Shown here: positions 8,634 through 17,336 of the stretch, one piece after another
Position numbering within the stretch: position 1 is the stretch's first letter
Layout of the letters: each line of letters starts with the position of its first letter
Origin: a virus
Taxonomy: Duplodnaviria; Heunggongvirae; Uroviricota; Caudoviricetes
Direction: 5' to 3' (one strand)
Length of the DNA stretch: 44,927 nt
Virus record (IMG/VR): IMGVR_UViG_3300029570_000316
Notes under the pieces: model-generated
Databases searched by the model: none
What the model was told of the DNA's origin: nothing
What the model saw: the letters and a program-made list of their open reading frames with translations, nothing else
Program-made: the position numbers and the translations under genes

Positions 8634-9062
8634 TTAATCCTCCCTGTCACGATATATCTCATTTTCTTCCTTTTCAACCAACGTTTCTAAGGATTCTCGC
8701 TTTCTTGGTGGGGTTCTAAGTTGGCATCCATCCTTGATGCATCTGTTCCATTGTGCCTCATGCAAGGCAAGCTTCAAATCGTTCTTCTCATCCCTAAGAT
8801 TGCGTATGGTAATACGATACTGATTGATTTCCTCATACAATTCATCTATTTTACTGTTAAGATTAACGACCGACTCGTTGGAACGTTCATAGAGAGCCTT
8901 CCACTCATCGGCATATGATGAAATAGTCTTATTCTCTTCCTGTGATGCGAGTGCCGCCTCCTTTCGCTTTCTACTATTATAGTACAGCAGCGTTGAGATT
9001 ACACCCGATGCACAAAGAAGATTAATTCCCGTCTGTATTAATTGAATAGTTTCCGCTGTCAT
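8634..9062 (-). CDS. Lysis-cassette membrane-anchored coiled-coil protein (holin/antiholin-like)
   Basis: N-terminal hydrophobic helix followed by a coiled coil; first gene of the lysis operon. Confidence 0.55.
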   Translation of the reverse strand: MTAETIQLIQTGINLLCASGVISTLLYYNSRKRKEAALASQEENKTISSYADEWKALYERSNESVVNLNSKIDELYEEINQYRITIRNLRDEKNDLKLALHEAQWNRCIKDGCQLRTPPRKRESLETLVEKEENEIYRDRED

Positions 9063-9081
9063 TTCTTTGTGTTTTTTGTTG

Positions 9082-9151
9082 CAAAGATAGCTATTTATAT
9101 ATAATAATGTGGAAATAGCCGAGTCAGAAAACTACACAATTAATTTTTGTG
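9082..9151 (-). promoter_or_regulatory. Lysis promoter with upstream palindrome CACAA-N7-TTGTG
   Basis: -7 TATCTTTG at 9082-9089; palindrome at 9135-9151; 45-bp gap. Confidence 0.7.
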
Positions 9152-9184
9152 CAAATAATTAAATTTTTCCTTAAACTAAGTTAT

Positions 9185-9262
9185 AACACATTAAAATATT
9201 TGCTCTGCCAATAAAATCTCATTATCTTTGCAAAAAACAGGTGAGACACACCACAAAAACTG
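9185..9262 (+). promoter_or_regulatory. Early-class promoter plus GGTGAGACACACC leader motif (copy 2)
   Basis: AACACATTAAAA 9185-9196, TTTG 9199-9202, TATCTTTG 9223-9230, motif 9240-9262. Confidence 0.8.
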
Positions 9263-9269
9263 AATAAAA

Positions 9270-9911
9270 ATGAAAGTTATAGAACAAGAAACAATAAACT
9301 TTATTAAGGCGCACATAAATGAACGACCAAGATACAAGTTGGCACAAAGAATGGGTGTCAGCGTGAAATTCTTGTATAAGATTCTACATGATTGCAATTG
9401 TAAAATCGAACATAAAAGACCTGTTCCGCAACCCGACAAGAAACGTGATGAACAAATCACAAAACTATATCCTGACCATTCGGTCAGAGAGATTGCAGTA
9501 ATTGTAGGATGCCATCCGTCTACGGTAGGCAAAGCTGCTAAAAGGCTAAAGCTTACTCATTCAGAAGAAACTATCGAAAGACTTAAAAAGAATAGTTTGG
9601 CTAACTTAAAAAAAGCATATGATAAAGCAACTATTGGCAAAAGGGTGAAAAGCTGGCAAAGAACTATGCAGATGGAGAAATTCCGAGTTATATCTTGTAT
9701 TCCGCAGCAGACGAAATTCAAATTTTCAGAAATGCCGATAAAATCATATCATGCCAAGTACCATCTTATAAATAAGTATGGGTATTTTGCGTTTGAAGGT
9801 GAACCATACATCTTAGGTTATGACCGGAATACTCGCAGAATGGATGAAGAATTCTACAAGAACAAATACGGATTTTCTTTTGAGGAGGACGAAGAATGCC
9901 AAGAAGATTAA
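9270..9911 (+). CDS. Tandem-HTH DNA-binding protein (paralog A)
   Basis: Two HTH-like units (RYKLAQRMGVSVKFLY; SVREIAVIVGCHPSTV). Confidence 0.7.
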   Translation: MKVIEQETINFIKAHINERPRYKLAQRMGVSVKFLYKILHDCNCKIEHKRPVPQPDKKRDEQITKLYPDHSVREIAVIVGCHPSTVGKAAKRLKLTHSEETIERLKKNSLANLKKAYDKATIGKRVKSWQRTMQMEKFRVISCIPQQTKFKFSEMPIKSYHAKYHLINKYGYFAFEGEPYILGYDRNTRRMDEEFYKNKYGFSFEEDEECQED

Positions 9912-10513
9912 CACAAGAACAGATGGCCTATATCAAAGTCCACATCAATGACTACCCACGAAAGGAAGTAGCCAAGGCTGCTGGTGTAACCTTACATACA
10001 TTATACAAGTATATCACTATTTTAGGTGGTACGAAAATAGACAATAAATTGAATAATGAGACTATCCGCAAAATCTCCGACATGTACAAAACGATGACAG
10101 CGAGAGAAATCTCAGAAGTAACGAATATTCCTCAGTCTACAATATTAGGACAAGTCAGTAAGCTTGGCTTGAAACACGATGTAGAAACGATAAATAGGAT
10201 TCGTAAAGAGCGTAACAGGTCTTTGAGAAGCTATTGGAATAAAGAAAAGTATGCTAGTAAAGGCAGAAAGCTGCATATGCAATATAAAATGGATGAACTT
10301 AGAGTGTTGTCGGGTAAGCCTCAAGAAACTAGGTTAAGAATAAGAAAGCTCTCCCCAAAGGCTTTGAATGCAAAGATGTATTTGCGAAAGTCTTATAACT
10401 ATTTCTACTCTAAGGGTGAGCCGTTTATTCTCTGCTATGACTCCGAGACAAAAAGACACCCTAAAGAGGAATACTATACTGAAAAATTTGGTTTCAAGTT
10501 TGTGCGTGCTTAA
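9896..10513 (+). CDS. Tandem-HTH DNA-binding protein (paralog B)
   Basis: Same architecture as paralog A with a shared C-terminal GEP(Y/F)IL.YD..T.R...E.Y..K.GF.F. Confidence 0.7.
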   Translation: MPRRLTQEQMAYIKVHINDYPRKEVAKAAGVTLHTLYKYITILGGTKIDNKLNNETIRKISDMYKTMTAREISEVTNIPQSTILGQVSKLGLKHDVETINRIRKERNRSLRSYWNKEKYASKGRKLHMQYKMDELRVLSGKPQETRLRIRKLSPKALNAKMYLRKSYNYFYSKGEPFILCYDSETKRHPKEEYYTEKFGFKFVRA

Positions 10514-10676
10514 TTTCCGTTTGCATTTTTCGTTTTCTGCAAACGGAATTTGCAAACAAGCCTTTGATTTCCATGCATCTGGAAGTATGATATTACCTCC
10601 TATCACCTTAACTACTTGATTATTAGTGATTAAAAGAAAGTTTGATAGAGTTATTTAATCTTATCCTTATTATTCG

Positions 10677-10699
10677 TAACTTTGCAGCCGTAACGTTAC
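10677..10699 (+). promoter_or_regulatory. Promoter -7 element followed by the perfect palindrome GTAACGTTAC
   Basis: TAACTTTG 10677-10684; palindrome 10690-10699. Confidence 0.6.
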
Positions 10700-10743
10700 A
10701 TAGAGTTAGTTTAATTAAGGTTTAACACAAAAAGATTATTCTT

Positions 10744-11730
10744 ATGGAGACATCAAAAACTTATGTTTTTAATCCAGAGGGTTCAGGTAACAATGGAGGA
10801 ATGATGAGCTTGATAGCTCCTTTGCTCCAACAGAGAGGCGTTGACCCAAACGTTCTTCTTGCGATGAAGGGTAATAACGGATTCGGCAATGGCGATGGTT
10901 CTTGGTTCATTTGGCTGCTCTTTATCCTTTGCTTCTGTGGTTGGGGCGGTAATGGTTTCGGCTTTGGTGGCCGTGGCAATGGCGCAGGTCTTGCCAATGA
11001 AATCAACAATGACTATGGTCGTTCCTTGCTTATGGATGCTATCGGTGGCAATCGTAATGCACTCAGTAATCTCGCTACTCAGCTCAATTGCACTGAAGGA
11101 CAGATTCAACAAGCAATCTCTGCCTTGACAACCCAAGTTCAGAACGTGGGCAACCAAGTAGGCATGAGCGGAATGCAAACCATCAACGCTCTTCAGCAAG
11201 GTAACATGCAGATTGCATCACAACTCGCTGATTGCTGCTGCCGTGTAAATAACAATATTACGGCTATGGACGGAAACGTCAAGTTGGCTATGTGTCAGCA
11301 GACTGGCACTTTGCAGAATGCCATCAACAATGTAGCCGTAAGTCAGGAACGAGGTTTTTCTAATGTTGCTTTCGAAACCAAGGGTCAGACATGCGACATT
11401 TTGAATGCTATTAAAGATAGTACTCAGACCGTAGTTAATGGCCAACGCCAAGCAGAACTCAGAGATATGCAGGACAAGATAGACCATCTTCGTGAAGAGA
11501 ATGGAACTTATAAGTCTTCTGCCATGACTTCGCAGATTGTAGGTCAAGCTATGGCACCTGTCAACGCGATGTTAGCTGGCTTGCAAAAAGAGGTAGATGG
11601 TATCAAGTGTAAGCTTCCATCAACTGTCACAACCAGCTACAGTCCATTTACTGCTGTTCCAAATTGTGTTGCTTGGCAAACAGGCTTATATGGTCTGAAT
11701 GGTGTCAACAATGCAAGCTTTTGGGGTTAA
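10744..11730 (+). CDS. Gly/Asn/Gln-rich protein with hydrophobic segment, coiled coil and CCC motif; function unknown
   Basis: WFIWLLFILCFCGWGGNGFG; LADCCCR; resembles a recurring uncharacterised gut-phage family (recalled, not searched). Confidence 0.85.
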   Translation: METSKTYVFNPEGSGNNGGMMSLIAPLLQQRGVDPNVLLAMKGNNGFGNGDGSWFIWLLFILCFCGWGGNGFGFGGRGNGAGLANEINNDYGRSLLMDAIGGNRNALSNLATQLNCTEGQIQQAISALTTQVQNVGNQVGMSGMQTINALQQGNMQIASQLADCCCRVNNNITAMDGNVKLAMCQQTGTLQNAINNVAVSQERGFSNVAFETKGQTCDILNAIKDSTQTVVNGQRQAELRDMQDKIDHLREENGTYKSSAMTSQIVGQAMAPVNAMLAGLQKEVDGIKCKLPSTVTTSYSPFTAVPNCVAWQTGLYGLNGVNNASFWG

Positions 11731-11748
11731 TTAGGAAAGGAGGCTGCT

Positions 11749-12093
11749 ATGTTATGGATGAGACCTTTTGCATGGGTTAATCGTAACGGCTCGGCAGCTA
11801 TCGCATCTACAGGCGTGGTGGTGAACACCGAAAATGTCGTTTTCTCGTTCAGAAACCACGCCTTCGTGAATGCTAACTATAGGGGAACTATCTTTGTGAA
11901 CCTACATCAAGCTATTCCGACTGGTACGACAAATACGCTGCCAATCCTTTTCGAGACCAATGGCGTAACCCAAGCTGTAACTAAGTTCAACGGCAATCCT
12001 TTGACGGTAGCCGACATTGCAGGAACTGGAGTTTATCAGTTTTGGTTCGAGCGAGATACTAACACCCTTCAGCTAATGACGGGTATTGTTTAA
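11749..12093 (+). CDS. Hypothetical beta-rich protein (114 aa)
   Basis: Operon gene 2; GGAGG precedes the ATG. Confidence 0.8.
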   Translation: MLWMRPFAWVNRNGSAAIASTGVVVNTENVVFSFRNHAFVNANYRGTIFVNLHQAIPTGTTNTLPILFETNGVTQAVTKFNGNPLTVADIAGTGVYQFWFERDTNTLQLMTGIV

Positions 12094-12112
12094 CAATTAA
12101 CATTACAAAGCT

Positions 12113-12631
12113 ATGTTTCAAGGACTTCGACCTAACAGCATATTCTATGTGCTTGACAAGGGTGAAAACCCAAGTCTTAAAATCGGACAGGTTGTATCGG
12201 TCAGTAACCCACAACCTAAGTTCCCGACATATACTCCTGGGCAATTCAACCCACAACCAATGGAGACTACCGTTGATGTTGTCGTAAAATTGCCTAATGA
12301 ACAAATGGAGTTCAAACAACTCCCATCCAATATGCAAATTGCAAATTCGGAAAACCTCGTGGTTTCTGAAAGCCGTGAAGCTATGGATGCGGAAGTTGAG
12401 GCTATGTATCGGCATTCTAAGGAGATTGTGGAAAGCGAGCCATACCACAAAAAGGTTATGGAAGAGTGCGCAAAGATGCGTGCCGTATTGAATCCACAAA
12501 TAGCCAAAGACAGACAACAGGAGGAAGACATCAATAACCTCAAAAGCGAGGTTAGCGGAATGAAGGGAACTTTGACCGATATTAAGTCTATGTTGTCAGT
12601 GGCTTTGGAAAAAGTTAATACAAAAAAGTAA
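12113..12631 (+). CDS. Hypothetical protein with C-terminal coiled coil (172 aa)
   Basis: Operon gene 3. Confidence 0.8.
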   Translation: MFQGLRPNSIFYVLDKGENPSLKIGQVVSVSNPQPKFPTYTPGQFNPQPMETTVDVVVKLPNEQMEFKQLPSNMQIANSENLVVSESREAMDAEVEAMYRHSKEIVESEPYHKKVMEECAKMRAVLNPQIAKDRQQEEDINNLKSEVSGMKGTLTDIKSMLSVALEKVNTKK

Positions 12632-12637
12632 ATCATT

Positions 12638-12874
12638 ATGGGATACATGATAGAAATTACCGAAAACAAGGTAAATGAAATGTCAGAACTTGTAGAGAAG
12701 ATGCTTAAGTATGGTGGTAAACTCATGCACTGCATTGATGAAATGGGGGATGACAAGTATGGACGAATGGGTCACAGAAATCCAATGCCGGATTATCGAG
12801 ACAATTGGGATGACGATGATGACCGCTATGGTGAAAGACATGGTGGTCGCAGAGGTGGCGGTTATCGCTATTAG
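12638..12874 (+). CDS. Small protein with Asp-rich then RGG-rich tail (78 aa)
   Basis: DDDDDRYGERHGGRRGGGYRY. Confidence 0.8.
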   Translation: MGYMIEITENKVNEMSELVEKMLKYGGKLMHCIDEMGDDKYGRMGHRNPMPDYRDNWDDDDDRYGERHGGRRGGGYRY

Positions 12875-12885
12875 TATTACACTTT

Positions 12886-12909
12886 GAGGTGGGGAGAAAT
12901 CTCCACCTC
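12886..12909 (+). terminator. Intergenic hairpin (weak terminator or stabiliser)
   Basis: GAGGTGG...CCACCTC. Confidence 0.5.
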
Positions 12910-12926
12910 CTTTAAAAGCTTTTATT

Positions 12927-13355
12927 ATGGGAAGATACAAAATACCACTTGACGCATACGATATGAAGCCGGAAGGGATGATTGCATACCTTCGCTACAA
13001 TGGCTGGCACTTCAATAAAAAGATGTGCGATTGGGCTATTACCTTAATGCGCAAGACAAACGCAACAACTGGTAAGCTCGAAAAAGTTGAACCGACAGAA
13101 AAAGATACAGTCGAGGAACTTCTTAAAGTCAACAACGTAAAGTTGGAGAATGCCGACAATTACGATTTCGTTTATGTCGCAAACATGGCTAGAGCCGATT
13201 TCTTTAAGTCTTCTTTAAAAGACGAAGCTGCTTTGGCTCAATTCATTAAGGATATGGTGGATGACCCAGACCAAGCGGACGGATTTATTTTCAATAGATT
13301 TTATGCCGATTGCAACCATAATGGTATCGGCATTCCATGGGATGATGTATTATGA
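12927..13355 (+). CDS. Hypothetical helical protein (142 aa)
   Basis: Operon gene 5. Confidence 0.8.
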   Translation: MGRYKIPLDAYDMKPEGMIAYLRYNGWHFNKKMCDWAITLMRKTNATTGKLEKVEPTEKDTVEELLKVNNVKLENADNYDFVYVANMARADFFKSSLKDEAALAQFIKDMVDDPDQADGFIFNRFYADCNHNGIGIPWDDVL

Positions 13356-13720
13356 TTAAACAAGAAATTTACTTGGAGAAATACGATTGGAATGTGATTG
13401 TATGTCATGTAGCTAATCAAGAAGATGTTGACGAAGCTATGGACTTACTAAGTTCCATTGATTGTAAGGGGCAACCATTATTGGATGCATACGACCACAT
13501 TTCAACCGATTCTTCAAACAAAGGATTGACATACACAAATGTTTCAAAGAAAACAAGTATTGTGCTCATTTGCAAGTCTACTTCTGAAGGTGAGTATATA
13601 AATAGTCTCACACATGAAATGTTTCATGTAGTAGCACATATATGCAACCATCTGGGAATAGATATGCAAGGCGAAGAACCATGCTATCTTATGGGATGGC
13701 TCTGTCAGTCGATATTATAG
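13352..13720 (+). CDS. Small zincin-like metalloprotein (HExxH)
   Basis: LTHEMFH followed by GEEPCYL; ATGA overlap with the upstream gene. Confidence 0.7.
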   Translation: MIKQEIYLEKYDWNVIVCHVANQEDVDEAMDLLSSIDCKGQPLLDAYDHISTDSSNKGLTYTNVSKKTSIVLICKSTSEGEYINSLTHEMFHVVAHICNHLGIDMQGEEPCYLMGWLCQSIL

Positions 13721-13747
13721 AAGATTTCCTTATAAGTTTAACTTGGC

Positions 13748-13776
13748 GGGCAGACCTTGGATTTTTCCATCTGCCC
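13748..13776 (+). terminator. Hairpin after the six-gene operon
   Basis: GGGCAGA...TCTGCCC. Confidence 0.45.
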
Positions 13777-13796
13777 TCCTATAAAATTACAAGAAT

Positions 13797-14141
13797 ATGA
13801 GTTGTTCGAAAATCAAAAATTACCTTTATGAACGTTTTAATGAGGATTTTAACGTTCTATCTGAGAATGAAAATCGAGTTATCATTACATTTGATGATAA
13901 TGACTTGTCGGTACTCGTAAACAAGATGGAGAATAAATTATTCATTCTCGTTCCGCTAACTAATATGCATTCGTTTGAACATCATCCGGATTGGATCTTG
14001 GTAGATGGCGAACGCATCAATAGCAACCTATTTTGGAAGGAATGCGGCAACCAAATGATAGAATATCAAGGTGATGCCCCTATAGCTATCAAGCAAGACA
14101 CCATAGAGAGAATTGTTAATGATTTCATTAAAAACAGATAA
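13797..14141 (+). CDS. Hypothetical protein (114 aa)
   Basis: ORF with A-rich upstream region. Confidence 0.7.
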   Translation: MSCSKIKNYLYERFNEDFNVLSENENRVIITFDDNDLSVLVNKMENKLFILVPLTNMHSFEHHPDWILVDGERINSNLFWKECGNQMIEYQGDAPIAIKQDTIERIVNDFIKNR

Positions 14142-14155
14142 CGTTTTAAAATTTG

Positions 14156-14235
14156 CATTAATTTATTTGCAAAGCCATCTTTTTTGTCGTATCTTTGCAC
14201 TATAATAAAAATGGTGAGACACACCGAAACAACTG
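14156..14235 (+). promoter_or_regulatory. Early-class promoter plus leader motif (copy 3)
   Basis: CATTAA, TTTGCA, TATCTTTG 14190-14197, GGTGAGACACACC 14213-14225. Confidence 0.8.
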
Positions 14236-14300
14236 TGTTTTACAAACTTAATTTTCGTAGATAAAGATATTAATATATCAATATAGAAAAAAGCAAAATT

Positions 14301-14810
14301 ATGACAGAAAAAGGATATTTAATCAAGAAAAAAGTATTATTCATTGATTTAGACGACACGATTATTACAACTATATCAGGAAACACCTTTCCTACAGATG
14401 TAACAGATTTCAAAATCCGTAAAGAGGTTTTGGATAAGATTGTAGAGGTATTCCCTACTCTTTACTATGTAGAAATAGTTTCAAACCAAGGAGGCATCCC
14501 TCAATTCGTTGACGAACAGGATTTCATCGGCAAGATTAAGGCTATTGAAAGCTTTATGCAAAAATATCTTCGCAATCATACCGGACGAAATATCTTCGTT
14601 AACTCTATGTATTGCCCATCGCATGCAGAGATAGGAATGAGAAAGCCAAATACTGGAATGCTTGAGTCATATTCTTCTTGGAAGAAAATTGAGCTGATAA
14701 TGATAGGTGATGCTAGCGGAAAAGATGGAGACTTCTCGGACTCCGACAAAAAATGCGCAGAGAAATTCGGAATTGAGTACATTGATGTAGAAGACTTCTT
14801 GAAAATATGA
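14301..14810 (+). CDS. HAD-superfamily phosphatase (DNA 3'-phosphatase / HisB-N-like, class IIIA)
   Basis: FIDLDDT, VSNQGG, RKPNTGM, IGDASG...DSD. Confidence 0.9.
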   Translation: MTEKGYLIKKKVLFIDLDDTIITTISGNTFPTDVTDFKIRKEVLDKIVEVFPTLYYVEIVSNQGGIPQFVDEQDFIGKIKAIESFMQKYLRNHTGRNIFVNSMYCPSHAEIGMRKPNTGMLESYSSWKKIELIMIGDASGKDGDFSDSDKKCAEKFGIEYIDVEDFLKI

Positions 14811-14818
14811 AAACAATA

Positions 14819-14847
14819 AAAAAGAGAGGCAATCACTTACCTCTCTT
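14819..14847. repeat. 29-bp direct repeat, copy 1 (bidirectional terminator-like hairpin)
   Basis: AAAAAGAGAGGCAATCACTTACCTCTCTT, identical at 16247-16275. Confidence 0.9.
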
Positions 14848-14857
14848 TAACGTCTAA

Positions 14858-15277
14858 TCAAAACTTAGCCCAATCTTCTATATCAATGTCCTTATCCCAG
14901 AAATCTTCTATTCTTGCATAAAGGGCATCAATATTAGCACAATGCAAGGAACTGAGTTTCTTCTTGAATACTTCCATATCCACATCATACTTCTTATCGA
15001 GTGAATCGTAAATCACTGAATCTTCACAATGAGCAATAAGCATTTTGACGTTATATCTTATCGAATCATTGATAATTGTTCTGTTGAACGAATCCGCAAG
15101 GAACATCCATTCGTTTGGCGAGAATATACCACGAAGCTCTGTCGTAGATATTAATCTTATACTCTGTAATGTATTGACAGTATCAATAACAGCTTGATTG
15201 ATGGACTTGCCATCCTTAGTGAGCCAATCCGCAATTTCCTGCGGAAGGCGAATTGTTGCATTCTTAGTCTCTTTCAT
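14858..15277 (-). CDS. Protein with N-terminal ribbon-helix-helix-like DNA-binding motif
   Basis: KNATIRLPQEIADWL...SINQAVIDTV. Confidence 0.65.
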   Translation of the reverse strand: MKETKNATIRLPQEIADWLTKDGKSINQAVIDTVNTLQSIRLISTTELRGIFSPNEWMFLADSFNRTIINDSIRYNVKMLIAHCEDSVIYDSLDKKYDVDMEVFKKKLSSLHCANIDALYARIEDFWDKDIDIEDWAKF

Positions 15278-15314
15278 ATCTATAACATTTAAATATTATT
15301 TCAAAGATTACGTT

Positions 15315-15608
15315 TTATTTCAGCTCAAACTCCTTAATCTCATAGATAGAAGATTCTTCCTTATACTCTACTGGGAACCCCATCATGTATTCCGTATGCT
15401 CTGCCACATGAACATAGATAGGTACATCCAAATAGAAATTATCTTTTGTAGGAATCATCGCCTCCTCTCCGTCAAAAGTACGGACATACTGAGTAACTTC
15501 GGTAAACTCATCTTTTTGAGGAAGTGTGCAAAAAGCTATTTCCTTAGAACTGAAAATACTAATTATTATTTTGTTGCAAATTACAACATATACTTTCTGA
15601 TTATACAT
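15315..15608 (-). CDS. Small acidic hypothetical protein (97 aa)
   Basis: ORF inside the repeat-bounded cassette. Confidence 0.65.
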   Translation of the reverse strand: MYNQKVYVVICNKIIISIFSSKEIAFCTLPQKDEFTEVTQYVRTFDGEEAMIPTKDNFYLDVPIYVHVAEHTEYMMGFPVEYKEESSIYEIKEFELK

Positions 15609-15650
15609 ATTGATTGCACTTATCCGTGTTGGCGAGGGCTGAAATCTTAA

Positions 15651-15863
15651 TTAATCTTCATACTTGTAGTAAAGCTTCAATGAAGACTCCCCATCACAGG
15701 TGACTGTAAGAGTAAGGTTCTTACAAACAATCTTAGCATTTGCCTTTGCTTCTTCTACACTCATATCCATATCGTAAGCAAGACCATCCTTACTTGCGAT
15801 ATACTCATTAGCAATTTCCATCGCTTCTGATTTTGTCCTTGGGAAAAAATTAATTTTCTTCAT
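15651..15863 (-). CDS. Small hypothetical protein (70 aa)
   Basis: First gene after the promoter at 15901. Confidence 0.65.
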   Translation of the reverse strand: MKKINFFPRTKSEAMEIANEYIASKDGLAYDMDMSVEEAKANAKIVCKNLTLTVTCDGESSLKLYYKYED

Positions 15864-15900
15864 ATCTTGCTGTACTTTAAGTTATTGTATTATTTACGCT

Positions 15901-15959
15901 TGCAAAGATAAGAAGAAAAAATCAAATATGCAAATATTTAGCACACAAATATGTGTGCT
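15901..15959 (-). promoter_or_regulatory. Promoter with adjacent inverted-repeat operator
   Basis: TATCTTTGCA 15901-15910; TTTGCA about 19 bp upstream; AGCACACA-AATA-TGTGTGCT 15940-15959. Confidence 0.7.
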
Positions 15960-15978
15960 TTAATGTTTTTTAATAGAA

Positions 15979-16017
15979 TAGCCCGATATATCCTATATAA
16001 TAAGGTGTATCGGGCTA
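15979..16017 (-). terminator. Intrinsic terminator-like hairpin
   Basis: TAGCCCGATA...TATCGGGCTA. Confidence 0.6.
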
Positions 16018-16024
16018 CGAATTG

Positions 16025-16203
16025 TTATTGTAGATACAGATACAATCCTTCCCCGAACCACATTGTCAATATCATAGTTGACATCGTTACCCAAGTAAGA
16101 AGTACTTATTGACCTTCTTATATTCATAGGAAAGGTACAGATAAACAATGAATGAGCAGTTGATAATTACCAGTAGAGCTACGATTATCAATGCAAAAAA
16201 CAT
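16025..16203 (-). pseudogene. Frameshifted small two-TM membrane protein gene (or a 38-aa single-TM peptide)
   Basis: MFFALIIVALLVIINCSFIVYLYL... stops at 16087; a second hydrophobic stretch WVTMSTMILTMWFGEGLYLYLQ* continues in another frame. Confidence 0.45.
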
Positions 16204-16246
16204 AAAATCCTTTCCAATGTTTGCAAGATTGGAAAGAATTGAAAAC

Positions 16247-16275
16247 AAAAAGAGAGGCAATCACTTACCTCTCTT
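16247..16275. repeat. 29-bp direct repeat, copy 2
   Basis: Identical to 14819-14847; overlaps the stop codon of ORF 16261-16611. Confidence 0.9.
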
Positions 16276-16611
16276 ACTCTTAATATAGTGAAGTATATCC
16301 CACTTCTTCCAATATCGGGTGTGCCCACGCTTCTTGCACTCGCCATTCGGAATATCACCTCTAGCGACCATTCTATTCAATGTAGCATCAGAAACGTGCA
16401 GTTTCTCCTTAACTTCCTCGGTAGATAGCATCGGGTTGAGCATATCTGGTATGATGTCACACAATCTATCCAGGTCATCATCGCTCATTCCGCAAGCGGT
16501 GATGACCTCACCATTTCGCTGTTGCTCGTCTGCCTTGAAACAAGCATCACTGAGCGACTTTAAAGCCGTGCCGAGTATCTTATAATTTAGTATCTTCCCC
16601 ATATTATGCAC
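16261..16611 (-). CDS. AlpA/excisionase-like HTH protein
   Basis: MLSTEEVKEKLHVSDATLNRMVARGDIP...RYWKKWDI. Confidence 0.75.
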   Translation of the reverse strand: MHNMGKILNYKILGTALKSLSDACFKADEQQRNGEVITACGMSDDDLDRLCDIIPDMLNPMLSTEEVKEKLHVSDATLNRMVARGDIPNGECKKRGHTRYWKKWDILHYIKSKRGK

Positions 16612-17110
16612 AGATTTTACGTCCTAGTTTCGTATCATTAACAAACATTCTAGCAAAGCTATACAAATAGAATATAGTTGTCACGACCATGACCGTAAAG
16701 CAGGAATCCACCATATCTTTAGTTGTGTACCAACTCCACTCTACAATATGAGCCGCATTGATGCCTAAGTAGTACATAAATGGAATGCGATACCACTGGC
16801 ACAAGAAGAAAAATCTACTTGCCAGTATCGTCACCATCGGCAGGACGTAAACCATGAAATAAATAAAGATATAGCAAGGCATATTTTCATTATATGGGAT
16901 AAACATCTCACGTGGATGCTGAGAGAACTCCCAAATGCCGTATGCGTGGAAGAACATAATAATGATAGGCACATACTTGCAGAACCAGCGGAAGAACTTT
17001 AATATTCTCCTGCTATACCGATTACCATGCTTCTTAAGCATATCCATCAGCTCCGTCACATCAATGTCCTTTATCAACCGTTGGACTTCGGCTTCTTGTT
17101 CTAGTGTCAT
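16604..17110 (-). CDS. Multi-TM membrane protein
   Basis: About four hydrophobic segments; probable start 17110 (MTLEQE), the track start is 17155. Confidence 0.7.
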   Translation of the reverse strand: MTLEQEAEVQRLIKDIDVTELMDMLKKHGNRYSRRILKFFRWFCKYVPIIIMFFHAYGIWEFSQHPREMFIPYNENMPCYIFIYFMVYVLPMVTILASRFFFLCQWYRIPFMYYLGINAAHIVEWSWYTTKDMVDSCFTVMVVTTIFYLYSFARMFVNDTKLGRKICA

Positions 17111-17336
17111 ATTAATAAACCTCCTTTTGTCTATAGCTAATTGTTCATAATTCATTGATTTAAATTAAATGATGTTGCAAAGTTACACTCTTTTGCACAA
17201 AACCAGCGGAAATGAGAATATTTCTGTGTTAAACTTTATAAAAAGTAACAATCTGAAAGTAGATGGCTACAAAAATAGCGTTAGAACGGCTTTCTTGCCA
17301 AATTCTAACGCTATTTCTATATCTACTTATCAGTGT

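Noticed and set aside
15609..15650. GC-richer intergenic stretch (CAGCCCTCGCCAACACGGATAAG on the minus strand) as a recombination repeat
   Set aside because: Only one copy in the window, so it cannot be supported without an external search
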